Source: a virus (lineage: Duplodnaviria; Caudoviricetes). From it: a DNA stretch of 37,233 bases. Every line of letters starts with the position of its first letter. The stretch's first letter is position 1. The notes below the pieces were generated by a model, which saw only the letters and a program-made list of their open reading frames with translations, was not told the DNA's origin and searched no databases. Positions 25,783 to 36,117 of the stretch are shown in pieces. The translations under genes were made by a program, and so were the position numbers. The stretch spans positions 1-37,233 of IMG/VR virus record IMGVR_UViG_3300012352_000349; one strand, 5' to 3'.

Positions 25783-26367
25783 ATGGAACTGCCAATTTTT
25801 GAGTTAAAGATATCTGAAGATATAAACGATGATGCGGAAGTAAATTTTGTAAGCATGGTTGACAGACCTGCAGTACAAAGGAATTGGAATGCCTTCAAAG
25901 ATGTATCTAAATTTAATATTGCTAATGAAGAACGTAGGATTGTTAGTGGTGTTATCATGTTGGCTGATACGCCTATCTTCCGTAGTGATGTTACTCATGG
26001 CGATTACTATGTTGTGTTTAGTGCGGATACTATCTATAAGATTGTACAGAGGTATTTTAAAAAAGGGTTTCAGAATAATGTAAACATGAACCATGACCAC
26101 AATCTGCTATTGCTTGATACAACATTATTTGAAAGTTTTATAACAGATAGTACAAGAGGTATATTGCCTATGAAGGGTTTTGAAGATGCACCCGAAGGCA
26201 GTTGGTTTGGTAGTATGTATGTAGAGAATGATGATGCTTGGAATAAAGTTAAATTAAAAGAGATAAATGGTTTTTCAGTTGAAGGAATATTTGAGTATCA
26301 AATAAAACCAAATGCAACTAAAAATTTAATTGATGAAATTAAAAATATATTAGCACAAGTTAAGTGA
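25783..26367 (+). CDS. Prohead protease (XkdF-like)
   Basis: SMVDRPAV, NMNH, PEGSWF and GFSVEG motifs; upstream of the scaffold and capsid genes. Confidence 0.8.
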   Translation: MELPIFELKISEDINDDAEVNFVSMVDRPAVQRNWNAFKDVSKFNIANEERRIVSGVIMLADTPIFRSDVTHGDYYVVFSADTIYKIVQRYFKKGFQNNVNMNHDHNLLLLDTTLFESFITDSTRGILPMKGFEDAPEGSWFGSMYVENDDAWNKVKLKEINGFSVEGIFEYQIKPNATKNLIDEIKNILAQVK

Positions 26368-26405
26368 TAAAATAAAAGCAGTATTAAGTATTTAATAAAA
26401 AATAT

Positions 26406-26975
26406 ATGACTCCTAAAGAAGCAATATTAAAAATTCAACAACTCTTTGAAGAGCAGCCTGTTCAAGAAGAAGTTACTAAGGTTGAAATGAGTGAGTACAT
26501 TCTTGCTGATGGAAACAAAGTAATGATTTCTGCACTTGAAGTAGGTGGTAGTGTAACTGATGCTGAAGGTAATCCTGCAGCAGATGGTAACTATGAACTT
26601 GCAGATGGAACAATGATGCAGGTAGCAGGTGGTAAAATTGCTGAACTATCTTCTAAAGAAGAGGAAGCATCTCCCGAAGAAGAAATGAAAAAAGAGGAAG
26701 ACAAAGAAATGTATGAAACTATTGTTAATGAATTTAAAGAAAAATTTAATTCTTTGAATGCAGAAAATAATAAGTTAAAATCAGAATTGGATTCTGTAAA
26801 AGGTAAAATGAAAGAAGGCTTTAGTCAAGTGTTGCAACTTGTTGAAAGTATATCTAAAGTTCCACAATCAGAACCAATACAAAAACCAAACTCATTTAAA
26901 TTTCAAGATACAAAAGATATCAAACTTGAAAGATTAAATAGATATAGGGAAGCAATTTTAAATCTTAATAATTAA
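26406..26975 (+). CDS. Putative scaffolding protein
   Basis: Acidic coiled-coil protein between the protease and the capsid gene. Confidence 0.65.
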   Translation: MTPKEAILKIQQLFEEQPVQEEVTKVEMSEYILADGNKVMISALEVGGSVTDAEGNPAADGNYELADGTMMQVAGGKIAELSSKEEEASPEEEMKKEEDKEMYETIVNEFKEKFNSLNAENNKLKSELDSVKGKMKEGFSQVLQLVESISKVPQSEPIQKPNSFKFQDTKDIKLERLNRYREAILNLNN

Positions 26976-26997
26976 TAAACTTTTAAATTAAATAACA

Positions 26998-27963
26998 ATG
27001 GCATTTGACGTATCAACATTAGCGAATTATACAGAGCAGAACGCAGACAAACTTGTGGTTGCTTCTATACTTGGTGCAAAGACCGCTGCAATTATTCAAG
27101 GCGGTGGTAACGTAATGACAGGCATTAAGAGTGCAGAAACAATTAATGTAATGAGTACTGATGCTGCATTTCTTGCAGGTGGTACTTGTGGTTGGACACC
27201 GAGTGGTACTACTGCAGTAACTCAAAGGACTTTGACTATCGGCAAAATTAAATTGCAGGAAGCACTTTGTCCAAAGGCTCTTGAAACTAAATATTTGCAG
27301 AAGGCTTTGCCTACAGGTAGTGTATATGATTCAATTCCTTTTGAACAAGAGTTTACTGACACTAAAGCAAAGTTAATTGCAAGGCAACTTGAAGTCGCAA
27401 TATGGCAAGGTGATACTGCATCGGGTACTGCAAACTTGAATAAGTTTGATGGTTTGATTAAACTAATTGGTGCAGCAGGTGCTTCAGTTGTAAACGCTAA
27501 CCTTGCTACATTTATCTCAGGTGCACCTATTGCAACTGCAACAGGCATTACACTTACAAACGTAGTATCTATCTTTGATGGTATCTACAGAGCAATACCT
27601 GCACAGATTGTATCTGCTGATGACTTGGTTATCTTCTGTGGCATGGATGTGTTTAGAACATATACTATTGCATTGAAGAATGCTAATATGTTTAACTATG
27701 CAATAAACACTCCTGCAGATAATGAGTTTGTTTTGCCCGGCACTACAATTAAAGTTATTGCAGTACAAGGCTTGAATGCAACTAACAAGATTTATGCAAT
27801 GAGGATTTCCAATATGTATATCGGAACTGACTTGCAGAATGAACAAGAGAAGTGGGAAATCTTTTTTGCTAAAGAGGCAGATGAAGTAAGGTTCGCAGTT
27901 GAGTTTAAGTATGGTGTTCAGTTTGCATTTCCTGACGAGATTACAAAGTTTGAACTTGTCTAA
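26998..27963 (+). CDS. Major capsid protein
   Basis: 321 aa with AIWQGD...FDGLIK; follows the scaffold and precedes a terminator. Confidence 0.85.
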   Translation: MAFDVSTLANYTEQNADKLVVASILGAKTAAIIQGGGNVMTGIKSAETINVMSTDAAFLAGGTCGWTPSGTTAVTQRTLTIGKIKLQEALCPKALETKYLQKALPTGSVYDSIPFEQEFTDTKAKLIARQLEVAIWQGDTASGTANLNKFDGLIKLIGAAGASVVNANLATFISGAPIATATGITLTNVVSIFDGIYRAIPAQIVSADDLVIFCGMDVFRTYTIALKNANMFNYAINTPADNEFVLPGTTIKVIAVQGLNATNKIYAMRISNMYIGTDLQNEQEKWEIFFAKEADEVRFAVEFKYGVQFAFPDEITKFELV

Positions 27964-27971
27964 TGATAATA

Positions 27972-28002
27972 GGGGAAGGTAGAAATATCTTCCCCAATTT
28001 TT
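27972..28002 (+). terminator. Terminator after the capsid gene
   Basis: GGGGAAGGTA-GAAA-TATCTTCCCC followed by AATTTTT. Confidence 0.75.
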
Positions 28003-28021
28003 AAAATTAAAATTATAAGAT

Positions 28022-28543
28022 ATGCCATGTGCATTAACACAAGGATACGTTATTGATTGTAAAGATTCATTAGGTGGTATAAGTGAAGTATACTTCATGC
28101 CATTTAATGACTTGGCAACAATTACAGCCACCGCAGGAGTTGTAACTGCATTAACAAAAGATACAGGTAAAAGATTTTATAAATATCAACTTGTAAAATC
28201 AACTGCAGGATTTACTGAAACAGGTAATGGAAGTATTGAGAATGGTACTTTATTTTATGAACAAGCATTGACTATTGTTTTAAATAAATTGCAAACTAAT
28301 ACAAGGAATGAAATTTTGCTTCTTGCAAAAAATCTTCTTGTCGCAGTTGCTAAAGATAACAATGGTGTTTATTGGATGCTTGGACAAACAAGAGGACTTG
28401 ATGTAACATCTAATGTTGCTGCATCAGGAACTGCAGAAGGTGATAGGAATGGTTATACTTTGACATTCACAGGTAAAGAAAAAGAGTTAGCAATTGAAGT
28501 TAATAGCACAGTTGCACTAGCACTTGAAACACCAGGCGTTTAA
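28022..28543 (+). CDS. Major tail tube protein
   Basis: 173-aa beta-rich protein: CKDSLGGI...ENGTLFYEQ...DRNGYTLTF. Confidence 0.65.
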   Translation: MPCALTQGYVIDCKDSLGGISEVYFMPFNDLATITATAGVVTALTKDTGKRFYKYQLVKSTAGFTETGNGSIENGTLFYEQALTIVLNKLQTNTRNEILLLAKNLLVAVAKDNNGVYWMLGQTRGLDVTSNVAASGTAEGDRNGYTLTFTGKEKELAIEVNSTVALALETPGV

Positions 28544-28565
28544 TTAAATTAAAAATTGGATAATG

Positions 28566-28591
28566 ATGCCTCACTTCGGTGGGGCATTTTT
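28566..28591 (+). terminator. Terminator after the tail tube gene
   Basis: ATGCCTCAC-TTCG-GTGGGGCAT with a cUUCGg tetraloop, followed by a T run. Confidence 0.85.
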
Positions 28592-28625
28592 GTTAATATT
28601 CAAATGCATTAGTATTTATAATTGT

Positions 28626-29000
28626 ATGATAGTTTTATATAAATATGATGCACAGGAGATATACTTAACGCTAACTGAAAAGCAAGAGTTAAGCAACCCG
28701 AATTATTTATTTGTATTTAAAAGTAGGTCAACAAATCAAGAAGTAAAATTTGTGCTATTAAATGTAGATGATATGAGTCTGCATAAAAGCAGGTATAATA
28801 AATTTCATATTTCAGTTAATGATTATTTTTTAAATGAGCAGACAGGTGATTATACTTATTCTGTATACGAGCAAACAAGTACAACAAATATAGACCCGAA
28901 TAATTTACATTTGCTTGAGAATGGATTAATGCAATTAGTGCATGGACAAAATGGTTTCTCCTATTATCAACCGAATGATATATATAAAACAAGACAATGA
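28626..29000 (+). CDS. Hypothetical virion protein
   Basis: Likely start 28626 (MIVLYKY); the track start at 28563 runs through the terminator. Confidence 0.65.
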   Translation: MIVLYKYDAQEIYLTLTEKQELSNPNYLFVFKSRSTNQEVKFVLLNVDDMSLHKSRYNKFHISVNDYFLNEQTGDYTYSVYEQTSTTNIDPNNLHLLENGLMQLVHGQNGFSYYQPNDIYKTRQ

Positions 29001-30916
29001 ATTATTACGTTCTAACTTTTGCTGAAGCAAGGCAACCCGAATATAAAGAAAAGAAAACAAAAGGATATATTGAGTATGGTGCAAAGAACGATTATCCAAA
29101 CTACCTTGTAGAATTATTTGATAAGTCTGCAAAGCATAATGCTATTGTAAAAAATAAAGTAAACTATATATGCGGCAATGGTTGGACAGGTGGTGGAGAA
29201 GAATTTGTAAATAAAATTAATCGTGTTGAATCTTTAAATGATTTAACAAGAAAAGTAAGTACAGATATTGAATTGTTTGGTGGTGCGTATCTTGAAGTTA
29301 TATGGAACGCTAATAATCAAATAGCAGAGATATGGCATATTGATTATACTAAGATTAGAACTAATAAAGATAATACTCAATTTTGGTATAAGGATAATTG
29401 GCAAGACAATAAATTAGAACCTAAGGTATACTCATCCTTCAATCCTAATAACCCAACTGATTGTCAAATTTATTATGTAAAAGAATATAGACCGAATATA
29501 GGTACATATACTTTGCCTTCATACTTCGGTGCATTAAATTATATTGAATCTGATATAGAGGTAAGTAAGCACGTTCTTGGAAATGCAAAGACAGGATTTA
29601 GTGCAAGTAAATTAATTACATTAACTGATGGTGAGGTAAGTGAAGAAGAACAGAGAGTTATATTCAAGCAATTCCAAAAAACATATACAGGAAGTGATGG
29701 TGTAAAGTTTATGCTATCCTTTGTTAATGATTCTTCAAGAAAACCAATCATAGATGATTTAGGGCAGAGTGATTTAACGAAAGAAGATTTTAGTAGGGTT
29801 GATGAATTAATACAAACTAATATTTTTTCAGGGCATCAAATTACTACACCATCAATTTTTGGTATTGCAGTTGCAGGTAAGTTAGGCAATAGAACAGAGA
29901 TGAGAGATGGTTATGAAATATTTAAAAATACTTATGTAAATGGTAAGCAAATATTTCTTGAATCCTTATTCAATATGTTTGCAGGATATGCAGGGCAACC
30001 ACAAGATTTAAAAATTATTCCTACTGAACCTGTTGGTATAGAATTTACTGAAGCAGTATTGCAGCAGATAATGACTAAGGATGAGATGCGTGAGAAGGCA
30101 GGGTTGAAGGCACTTGAAGTTAAGGCACAATCAACTAACCAAGATGTGCTTGATGCAATTAATAGTCTTTCTCCGCTTGTTGCAAATAAGGTACTTGACC
30201 AAGTTACACCAAACGAGTTGCGTGGTCTTATCGCATTGCCTCCAAAAGAAGGTGGTGAAGAAATACAAACTACACAGGTCACAAATGCTCCTGTACAGAT
30301 GTCATTGTTTGAAGATGATTATTCTGTTTTCTTTGAGTTTGGAGAAGAGAAAGATGGATACGAAGTTTGGAAGAACAAACAAATATTTGATGAGGTAGAT
30401 TTATTTGCAGATATAACACAAGTACAAGCAAATGTTCTTGACTTAATCAGTAAAGATAAATTAATCACTACTGATGTTATTGCTAAAACTCTCAAACAAG
30501 ATAAAGCATTAATAGAAAAGATAATTAATCAACTTGAAGAAAGAGGATTTATTAAATCTGCTGAAAAGAATTACGGCAAAGGCATAGATGAAAATGTAGC
30601 AATAGAAAGAAAATTGACTAAACCTTTATCTAAAATTGTAGAAGAAATTAAACCAAAGACACAATCTTTTTTAATTAGATATTCTTATGATTGGAAGAAA
30701 GGCTATGGTGATGAAGATATTGATACATCAAGAGATTTTTGCAAATATTTATTAAAGGCAAATAAGTTTTATTCAAGACAAGATATAGAACAAATGAGTG
30801 CAAGGCTTGGATATTCTGTATGGGACAGAAGAGGTGGATGGTGGACACAACCAAATGGTAAGCACTCACCTTCATGCAGACATATTTGGAAAGAGAATTT
30901 AGTAACCCGAAAGTAA
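28997..30916 (+). CDS. Portal protein with C-terminal extension
   Basis: YGAKNDYP...SAKHNAIV, LFGGAYLEV and GHQITTPSIFG portal-like core, followed by an HTH-like segment and SRDFC...CRHIW. Confidence 0.75.
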   Translation: MNYYVLTFAEARQPEYKEKKTKGYIEYGAKNDYPNYLVELFDKSAKHNAIVKNKVNYICGNGWTGGGEEFVNKINRVESLNDLTRKVSTDIELFGGAYLEVIWNANNQIAEIWHIDYTKIRTNKDNTQFWYKDNWQDNKLEPKVYSSFNPNNPTDCQIYYVKEYRPNIGTYTLPSYFGALNYIESDIEVSKHVLGNAKTGFSASKLITLTDGEVSEEEQRVIFKQFQKTYTGSDGVKFMLSFVNDSSRKPIIDDLGQSDLTKEDFSRVDELIQTNIFSGHQITTPSIFGIAVAGKLGNRTEMRDGYEIFKNTYVNGKQIFLESLFNMFAGYAGQPQDLKIIPTEPVGIEFTEAVLQQIMTKDEMREKAGLKALEVKAQSTNQDVLDAINSLSPLVANKVLDQVTPNELRGLIALPPKEGGEEIQTTQVTNAPVQMSLFEDDYSVFFEFGEEKDGYEVWKNKQIFDEVDLFADITQVQANVLDLISKDKLITTDVIAKTLKQDKALIEKIINQLEERGFIKSAEKNYGKGIDENVAIERKLTKPLSKIVEEIKPKTQSFLIRYSYDWKKGYGDEDIDTSRDFCKYLLKANKFYSRQDIEQMSARLGYSVWDRRGGWWTQPNGKHSPSCRHIWKENLVTRK

Positions 30917-30922
30917 CATAAC

Positions 30923-31507
30923 ATGAGCCTTAATATACTTTTCATAAGCGTAGATACAATAAAGGACAGAACAGGTCTACATAATAACGTAGATGATAAA
31001 CTTGTTAAACCCGAAATTAAAACTGCACAAGATATTTATATCTTACCTGCACTTGGAACTGCATTATATGATAGATTGCAAACAGGTATTGACTTAAATA
31101 ATCTAACTGCAAATGAAATTATATTACTTGATAATTACATTACTGATACTCTTGTAAATTTTGTTCTTGCAGAATTGCCACAAGGCTTGTCATTTCAGTA
31201 TTACAATAAGGGGTTAGTAAAAAAGACAGGAGACAATTTTGAAAGTCCATCAATGCAAGACATGATTGATGTAGCAAATAAATATAAATCAAGAGCAGAG
31301 TATTATAGGCAAAGATTAATTAAATATCTAAAACAGAATTATACTTTGTATCCGCAGTATTTGAATTGGGGAGATGGTGTTGATGCAATAAGACCTGACA
31401 ACAATGGTTACAAGACATCAGTATTTTTAATGAATGGCAGTTGCTGCACAGATTATACATTAAAAGATAAGTATCAAGCAAATACAAATAGTTGTTGCAA
31501 TGAGTAA
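30923..31507 (+). CDS. Putative head-tail adaptor
   Basis: Follows the portal; AQDIYILPALGTALYDRL helical pattern. Confidence 0.55.
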   Translation: MSLNILFISVDTIKDRTGLHNNVDDKLVKPEIKTAQDIYILPALGTALYDRLQTGIDLNNLTANEIILLDNYITDTLVNFVLAELPQGLSFQYYNKGLVKKTGDNFESPSMQDMIDVANKYKSRAEYYRQRLIKYLKQNYTLYPQYLNWGDGVDAIRPDNNGYKTSVFLMNGSCCTDYTLKDKYQANTNSCCNE

Positions 31508-31643
31508 GAAAGCAAATTTAAAGAATCAAGAAAAGTTAAAATTATACTTGAATAAAAATGGGGTTGTCATTAAATCAAATAGTACAGAGGATATCAAACT
31601 ACGGAGCAGAACACGCAATGATAAACCACGTACACTTCGGTGA
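31500..31643 (+). CDS. Possible small basic protein (47 aa)
   Basis: ATG overlapping the adaptor stop gives MSKKANLKNQEKLKLYL...; overlaps the next gene by 86 nt. Confidence 0.3.
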   Translation: MSKKANLKNQEKLKLYLNKNGVVIKSNSTEDIKLRSRTRNDKPRTLR

Positions 31644-31989
31644 GATGTATAATTGGTTGTCAAGTGAAGAAGCAATTTATCCTTCAATGTTTTTTAATGT
31701 AGAAAGAGCAAGTATTCTTGAGCGACAAACTAAATACATATTTAGTATTTATTTTTTAGATAGACAATTGCAAGAAACAGATGGTCTTGAAGAGATGAGT
31801 GATATGGCTTTAATTGCACAAGATATAATTGCGTTATTTAGAAATAATAATAATGAATGGATTATAGATAATGTAATACCAATGAACTTTGTAGTTGAAG
31901 GTGAGCCCGATTATCTTGCAGGTGTTGCACTTGAAGTAGGGTTAACAATATCCAATATTAACAATAGGTGTGAAGTGCCAATACAATAA
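31558..31989 (+). CDS. Putative tail terminator / neck protein
   Basis: 143 aa; position in the neck module. Confidence 0.5.
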   Translation: MGLSLNQIVQRISNYGAEHAMINHVHFGEMYNWLSSEEAIYPSMFFNVERASILERQTKYIFSIYFLDRQLQETDGLEEMSDMALIAQDIIALFRNNNNEWIIDNVIPMNFVVEGEPDYLAGVALEVGLTISNINNRCEVPIQ

Positions 31990-31991
31990 AC

Positions 31992-34900
31992 ATGGAATCA
32001 AAAAAGATTAATCAATTATCTACTGAAGTTGCACCTGTTCCAAGTGACTTAACTGTAATTGGAGACCCACTAACAGGGGAGTTAAAAAAAATTACATGGT
32101 TACAAGTAGCAGGATTAATTGGTACAGGAGCATCATTAAACTTAAATGATGTAACTACAAATGGTAACACTACTGCTAACACAATTACAATTGGTGGTTT
32201 ATCAATCACAGGGTTGAATGGTGTATTAAAGGCAACAAGCGGAGTAGTAGGTACATATGCTTATGGTGGAGCAAATGGTGTTGCAACATTAGATGCTGCA
32301 GGAAAAGTTCCTGTATCACAATTGCCTTCTTCAATCATGGAGTATAAAGGTACTTGGAATGCAACTACCAATACACCTACACTTGCAAATGGAGTTGGTG
32401 ATAATGGTGATGTATATAGGGTTTCAGTAGGTGGTACAATTAATTTAGGTAGTGGTTCTATTACATTTGATGTAGGTGATTATGTAATTTATAATGGAAC
32501 AATATGGGAAAAGTCAGATACAACAGATGCAGTAGGTAGTGTCTTCGGTAGAACAGGAAATGTAGTTGCACAGGAAGGTGATTATACATTAACTCAAATG
32601 GGTGATGTTACAATTACAACTCCTGCTACAAATAATTATCTTACATATAATGGAACGAGTTGGGTTAATGCTGCATTTCCAAGTTTACTTTCTTCAGATA
32701 AATTGCTTGTACCTGTTAGAAATAATAGTGGTGCAACTATAGCAAAAGGTACAGTTGTTTATATTAATGGAGCAGTTGGAAACAAAGCAACCATAGCAAA
32801 AGCACAAGCAAATAGTGATGCAACATCTGCTCAAACACTTGGATTAATACAAGATGATATAATAAATAATGCAGAAGGTTTTGTAGTTGCTATTGGAGAA
32901 TGTTTTAATCTTGATACATCAGCATTCACAGAAGGAACACAATTATACTTATCACCGACAACTGCAGGTACATACACAAGTACAAAACAATATGCTCCTA
33001 ATCATTTAGTTTATATTGGTGTAGTTATTCGTTCACACGTTTCTCTTGGTGTTATATATGTTAAGGCACAAAATGGTTATGAATTAGATGAGATACATGA
33101 TGTATCAATCACTACACCAACAAATAATCAAAGTATATTTTGGGAGGCATCAACATCTTTATGGAAAAATAAATCTATTGCAACTGCATTAGGATTTACT
33201 CCAATTAGTTTAACATCATTATCTGCTACAACACCACTTCAATACAACAATACAACAGGTGTATTTTCTATATTGCAATCTTCAACTACACAGAGTGGCT
33301 TCTTGAGCAATACAGATTGGAATACATTCAATGGAAAATTGACATCTCCAATGTCTGCAATTGGTGATTTAATTTATGGAGGAGCATCGGGAGTAGCAAC
33401 AAGATTAGCAGGAAATATTACAACTACAAAACAATTTCTTTCACAAACAGGAGGTGGTGCAGCATCTGCTGCTCCTGTATGGAGTGCAGTTGTTAAAGCA
33501 GATGTTGGTCTTGCAAACGTAGAAAATACTGCATTGTCTACTTGGGCAGGTAGCACAAACATCACAACACTTGGAACTATCACAAGCGGTACTTGGAGTG
33601 CTACAACCATTGCAATTGCAAGAGGTGGAACAGGATTAACTGCATTAGGTACAGGATTACAATTGTTAAGAGTTAATGCAGGTGCAACTGCATTAGAATA
33701 TTTTTCTCCAACTTATATTTCATTAACTGCATTGAGTGCTACATCACCTTTGTTGTATAACAATACAAGTGGTGCATTCAGCATTCAACAAGCGAATACA
33801 TCACAGAGTGGATTTTTAAGTAATACAGATTGGAATACATTCAATGGTAAGCAATCTGCTATAACACTTACTACAACAGGCTCAAGTGGTGCATCAACAT
33901 TTGTAACAAATACTTTAAACATACCAACATATACTCTTGCAGGTTTAGGTGGACAACCACTTAATAGTAACTTGACAAGTCTTGCTGCATTAACTTTTGT
34001 ATCTTCTTCTTTAGTAAGAATGACTGCAGCAAATACATTTGCACTTGATACCAATACTTATTTAACTGCAAATCAAACAATAACACTAAGTGGTAATGTA
34101 ACAGGTAGTGGTACAACTGCAATAACAACTACAATAGCAAACAATGTTGTAACAAATGCAATGTTATCACAGGTTGCAACTGCAACATTTCATGGAAGAG
34201 TAACTGCAGGTACAGGAAATATTGAAACACTAACTGCAACACAAGCAACATCTTTGCTCAATGTATTTACAACTACATTGAAAGGACTTGCTCCTGCAAG
34301 TGGTGGTGGTACAACAACTTTTTTAAGAGCAGATGGAACATGGGCAGCACCAACAGGTACAGGATTTACAAATCCAATGACTACACTTGGTGATACTTTG
34401 TATGCTGATACAGGTGGAACTGCACTTCGTTTGGCAGGTAACATTACAACTGCAAAACAATATTTAAGTCAAACAGGTAATGGTACTGCATCTGCTGCTC
34501 CATCATGGGCAACAATTGCAGGAGCAGATATAACAGGTGCAGCACTCACAGAAACAGATGATACAAATGTAACAATGACTTTAGGTGGTACACCTGCAAC
34601 TGCATTGTTACGTTCTGTTTCAATGACACTTGGATGGGCAGGACAACTTGCAGTTGGTAGAGGTGGAAGTGGAGCAAGTACATTAACAGGTATTCTTGTA
34701 GGCAATGGTACATCAGCGTTTACAGGTGTTGCAGGTACTGCATCACAATTATTAAGAAGGAATGCAGGTAATACTGCATACGAATTTTTTAGTGGTGGTA
34801 ACTTAACAAAAACAGATGATACGAATGTTACATTAACTCTTGGTGGAACACCTACTGCATCTTTAATTAATGCAGTATCATTAACACTTGGTTGGACAGG

Positions 34901-36116
34901 TCAATTAGGTGTTGGCAGAGGGGGTAGTGGTGCATCAACTTTGACAGGTGTATTAATTGGAAATGGTACTTCAGCATTCACAGGAGTAGCAGGAACTGCT
35001 TCTCAAATGTTGAGAAGAAATGCAGCAAATACTGCTTACGAATTTTTTACTTTCAATGGAGTAACAGGTGGGACAGGAACGACAAATTATGTTACCAAAT
35101 GGACAACAGGTGGAACAACAATAGGTGATTCAATTATACAAGACAATGGAACGAATGTTGGTATTGGGATTAATCCTTCACATAAATTAGATGTTGCAGG
35201 TAACATTGGATTAAGTGGTACAATTTATGCAGGGAAAAGTGGAGACTTTAATTTGCTATACGATTGGCAAGGGAATGTTGGAATAATGATTGGTAATAAT
35301 ACTACTGCTTATAATATGTATAGTAATGCTCAACATTTTTTTACTAATAAGGCAGGTTCTGTAAATTATATGAATGTTGATTCAAGCGGAACAAGAGTTT
35401 ATGGTAAGGTTGTCGCAGGTACAGATAGTTCTCCAAATGGTTCAATAATTTTACAAGATAGTTATTCTAATGGTAATCTTACAAGTATTGGAACTAACTT
35501 TTCAAGTGGTGCTCCTGTAATTGGATTTGGGGTTACTCCATCAACTTCAGCAGCAGACACTTTTGTTTCATCAACAGGATTAACTGATTATCCAAGAGGT
35601 GCTCTTGTAGTAAGTAATACTTTAAAATATTTTATTGGTGCTCCACAAACTGTAACCATCGGTTCGGCTATTGCACAATTAAGATTGTTTGAAATAAAAA
35701 ACAATGGACAAATGCAATTACCATTCTATACAAGTAGTGGTTCATATAGTGGAACTGCTGCAGGTTATCTTGCATTTGATTCTTCGGGAAATATCATAAC
35801 CACAACAGGTACAGGTGGAGGTGGAGGTGGATTTACTTATGGATTTACAAATGTAACAAGCACTTATACTGAAACTGCAACAAGTGGTTACAAGATTATA
35901 TTGGCAAATACAACAAGTGGAGGATTCAATATTAATCTTCCAACTGCAGTTGGTAATACTGCATTGATAGTAATTAAAAAAATAAGTGGAGTATCTTCAT
36001 TAACGATTGATGGTAATGGAACAGAAACGATTGATGGAAGTTTAAGTATTTCTATATCCGTAGAGAATACATCAATATCTTTAATTTCAAATAACGCTAA
36101 TTGGTTAATTATATAA
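31992..36116 (+). CDS. Long tail fibre / receptor-binding protein
   Basis: 1374 aa, G/T/A/S-rich, with GVATLD..GKVP, YKGTWNA and SVFGRTG modules and internal duplications. Confidence 0.85.
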   Translation: MESKKINQLSTEVAPVPSDLTVIGDPLTGELKKITWLQVAGLIGTGASLNLNDVTTNGNTTANTITIGGLSITGLNGVLKATSGVVGTYAYGGANGVATLDAAGKVPVSQLPSSIMEYKGTWNATTNTPTLANGVGDNGDVYRVSVGGTINLGSGSITFDVGDYVIYNGTIWEKSDTTDAVGSVFGRTGNVVAQEGDYTLTQMGDVTITTPATNNYLTYNGTSWVNAAFPSLLSSDKLLVPVRNNSGATIAKGTVVYINGAVGNKATIAKAQANSDATSAQTLGLIQDDIINNAEGFVVAIGECFNLDTSAFTEGTQLYLSPTTAGTYTSTKQYAPNHLVYIGVVIRSHVSLGVIYVKAQNGYELDEIHDVSITTPTNNQSIFWEASTSLWKNKSIATALGFTPISLTSLSATTPLQYNNTTGVFSILQSSTTQSGFLSNTDWNTFNGKLTSPMSAIGDLIYGGASGVATRLAGNITTTKQFLSQTGGGAASAAPVWSAVVKADVGLANVENTALSTWAGSTNITTLGTITSGTWSATTIAIARGGTGLTALGTGLQLLRVNAGATALEYFSPTYISLTALSATSPLLYNNTSGAFSIQQANTSQSGFLSNTDWNTFNGKQSAITLTTTGSSGASTFVTNTLNIPTYTLAGLGGQPLNSNLTSLAALTFVSSSLVRMTAANTFALDTNTYLTANQTITLSGNVTGSGTTAITTTIANNVVTNAMLSQVATATFHGRVTAGTGNIETLTATQATSLLNVFTTTLKGLAPASGGGTTTFLRADGTWAAPTGTGFTNPMTTLGDTLYADTGGTALRLAGNITTAKQYLSQTGNGTASAAPSWATIAGADITGAALTETDDTNVTMTLGGTPATALLRSVSMTLGWAGQLAVGRGGSGASTLTGILVGNGTSAFTGVAGTASQLLRRNAGNTAYEFFSGGNLTKTDDTNVTLTLGGTPTASLINAVSLTLGWTGQLGVGRGGSGASTLTGVLIGNGTSAFTGVAGTASQMLRRNAANTAYEFFTFNGVTGGTGTTNYVTKWTTGGTTIGDSIIQDNGTNVGIGINPSHKLDVAGNIGLSGTIYAGKSGDFNLLYDWQGNVGIMIGNNTTAYNMYSNAQHFFTNKAGSVNYMNVDSSGTRVYGKVVAGTDSSPNGSIILQDSYSNGNLTSIGTNFSSGAPVIGFGVTPSTSAADTFVSSTGLTDYPRGALVVSNTLKYFIGAPQTVTIGSAIAQLRLFEIKNNGQMQLPFYTSSGSYSGTAAGYLAFDSSGNIITTTGTGGGGGGFTYGFTNVTSTYTETATSGYKIILANTTSGGFNINLPTAVGNTALIVIKKISGVSSLTIDGNGTETIDGSLSISISVENTSISLISNNANWLII

Positions 36117-36117
36117 T

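Noticed and set aside
31992-36116. Diversity-generating retroelement acting on the tail fibre
   Set aside because: No reverse transcriptase, and the repeats are in-frame protein modules without adenine-specific differences.
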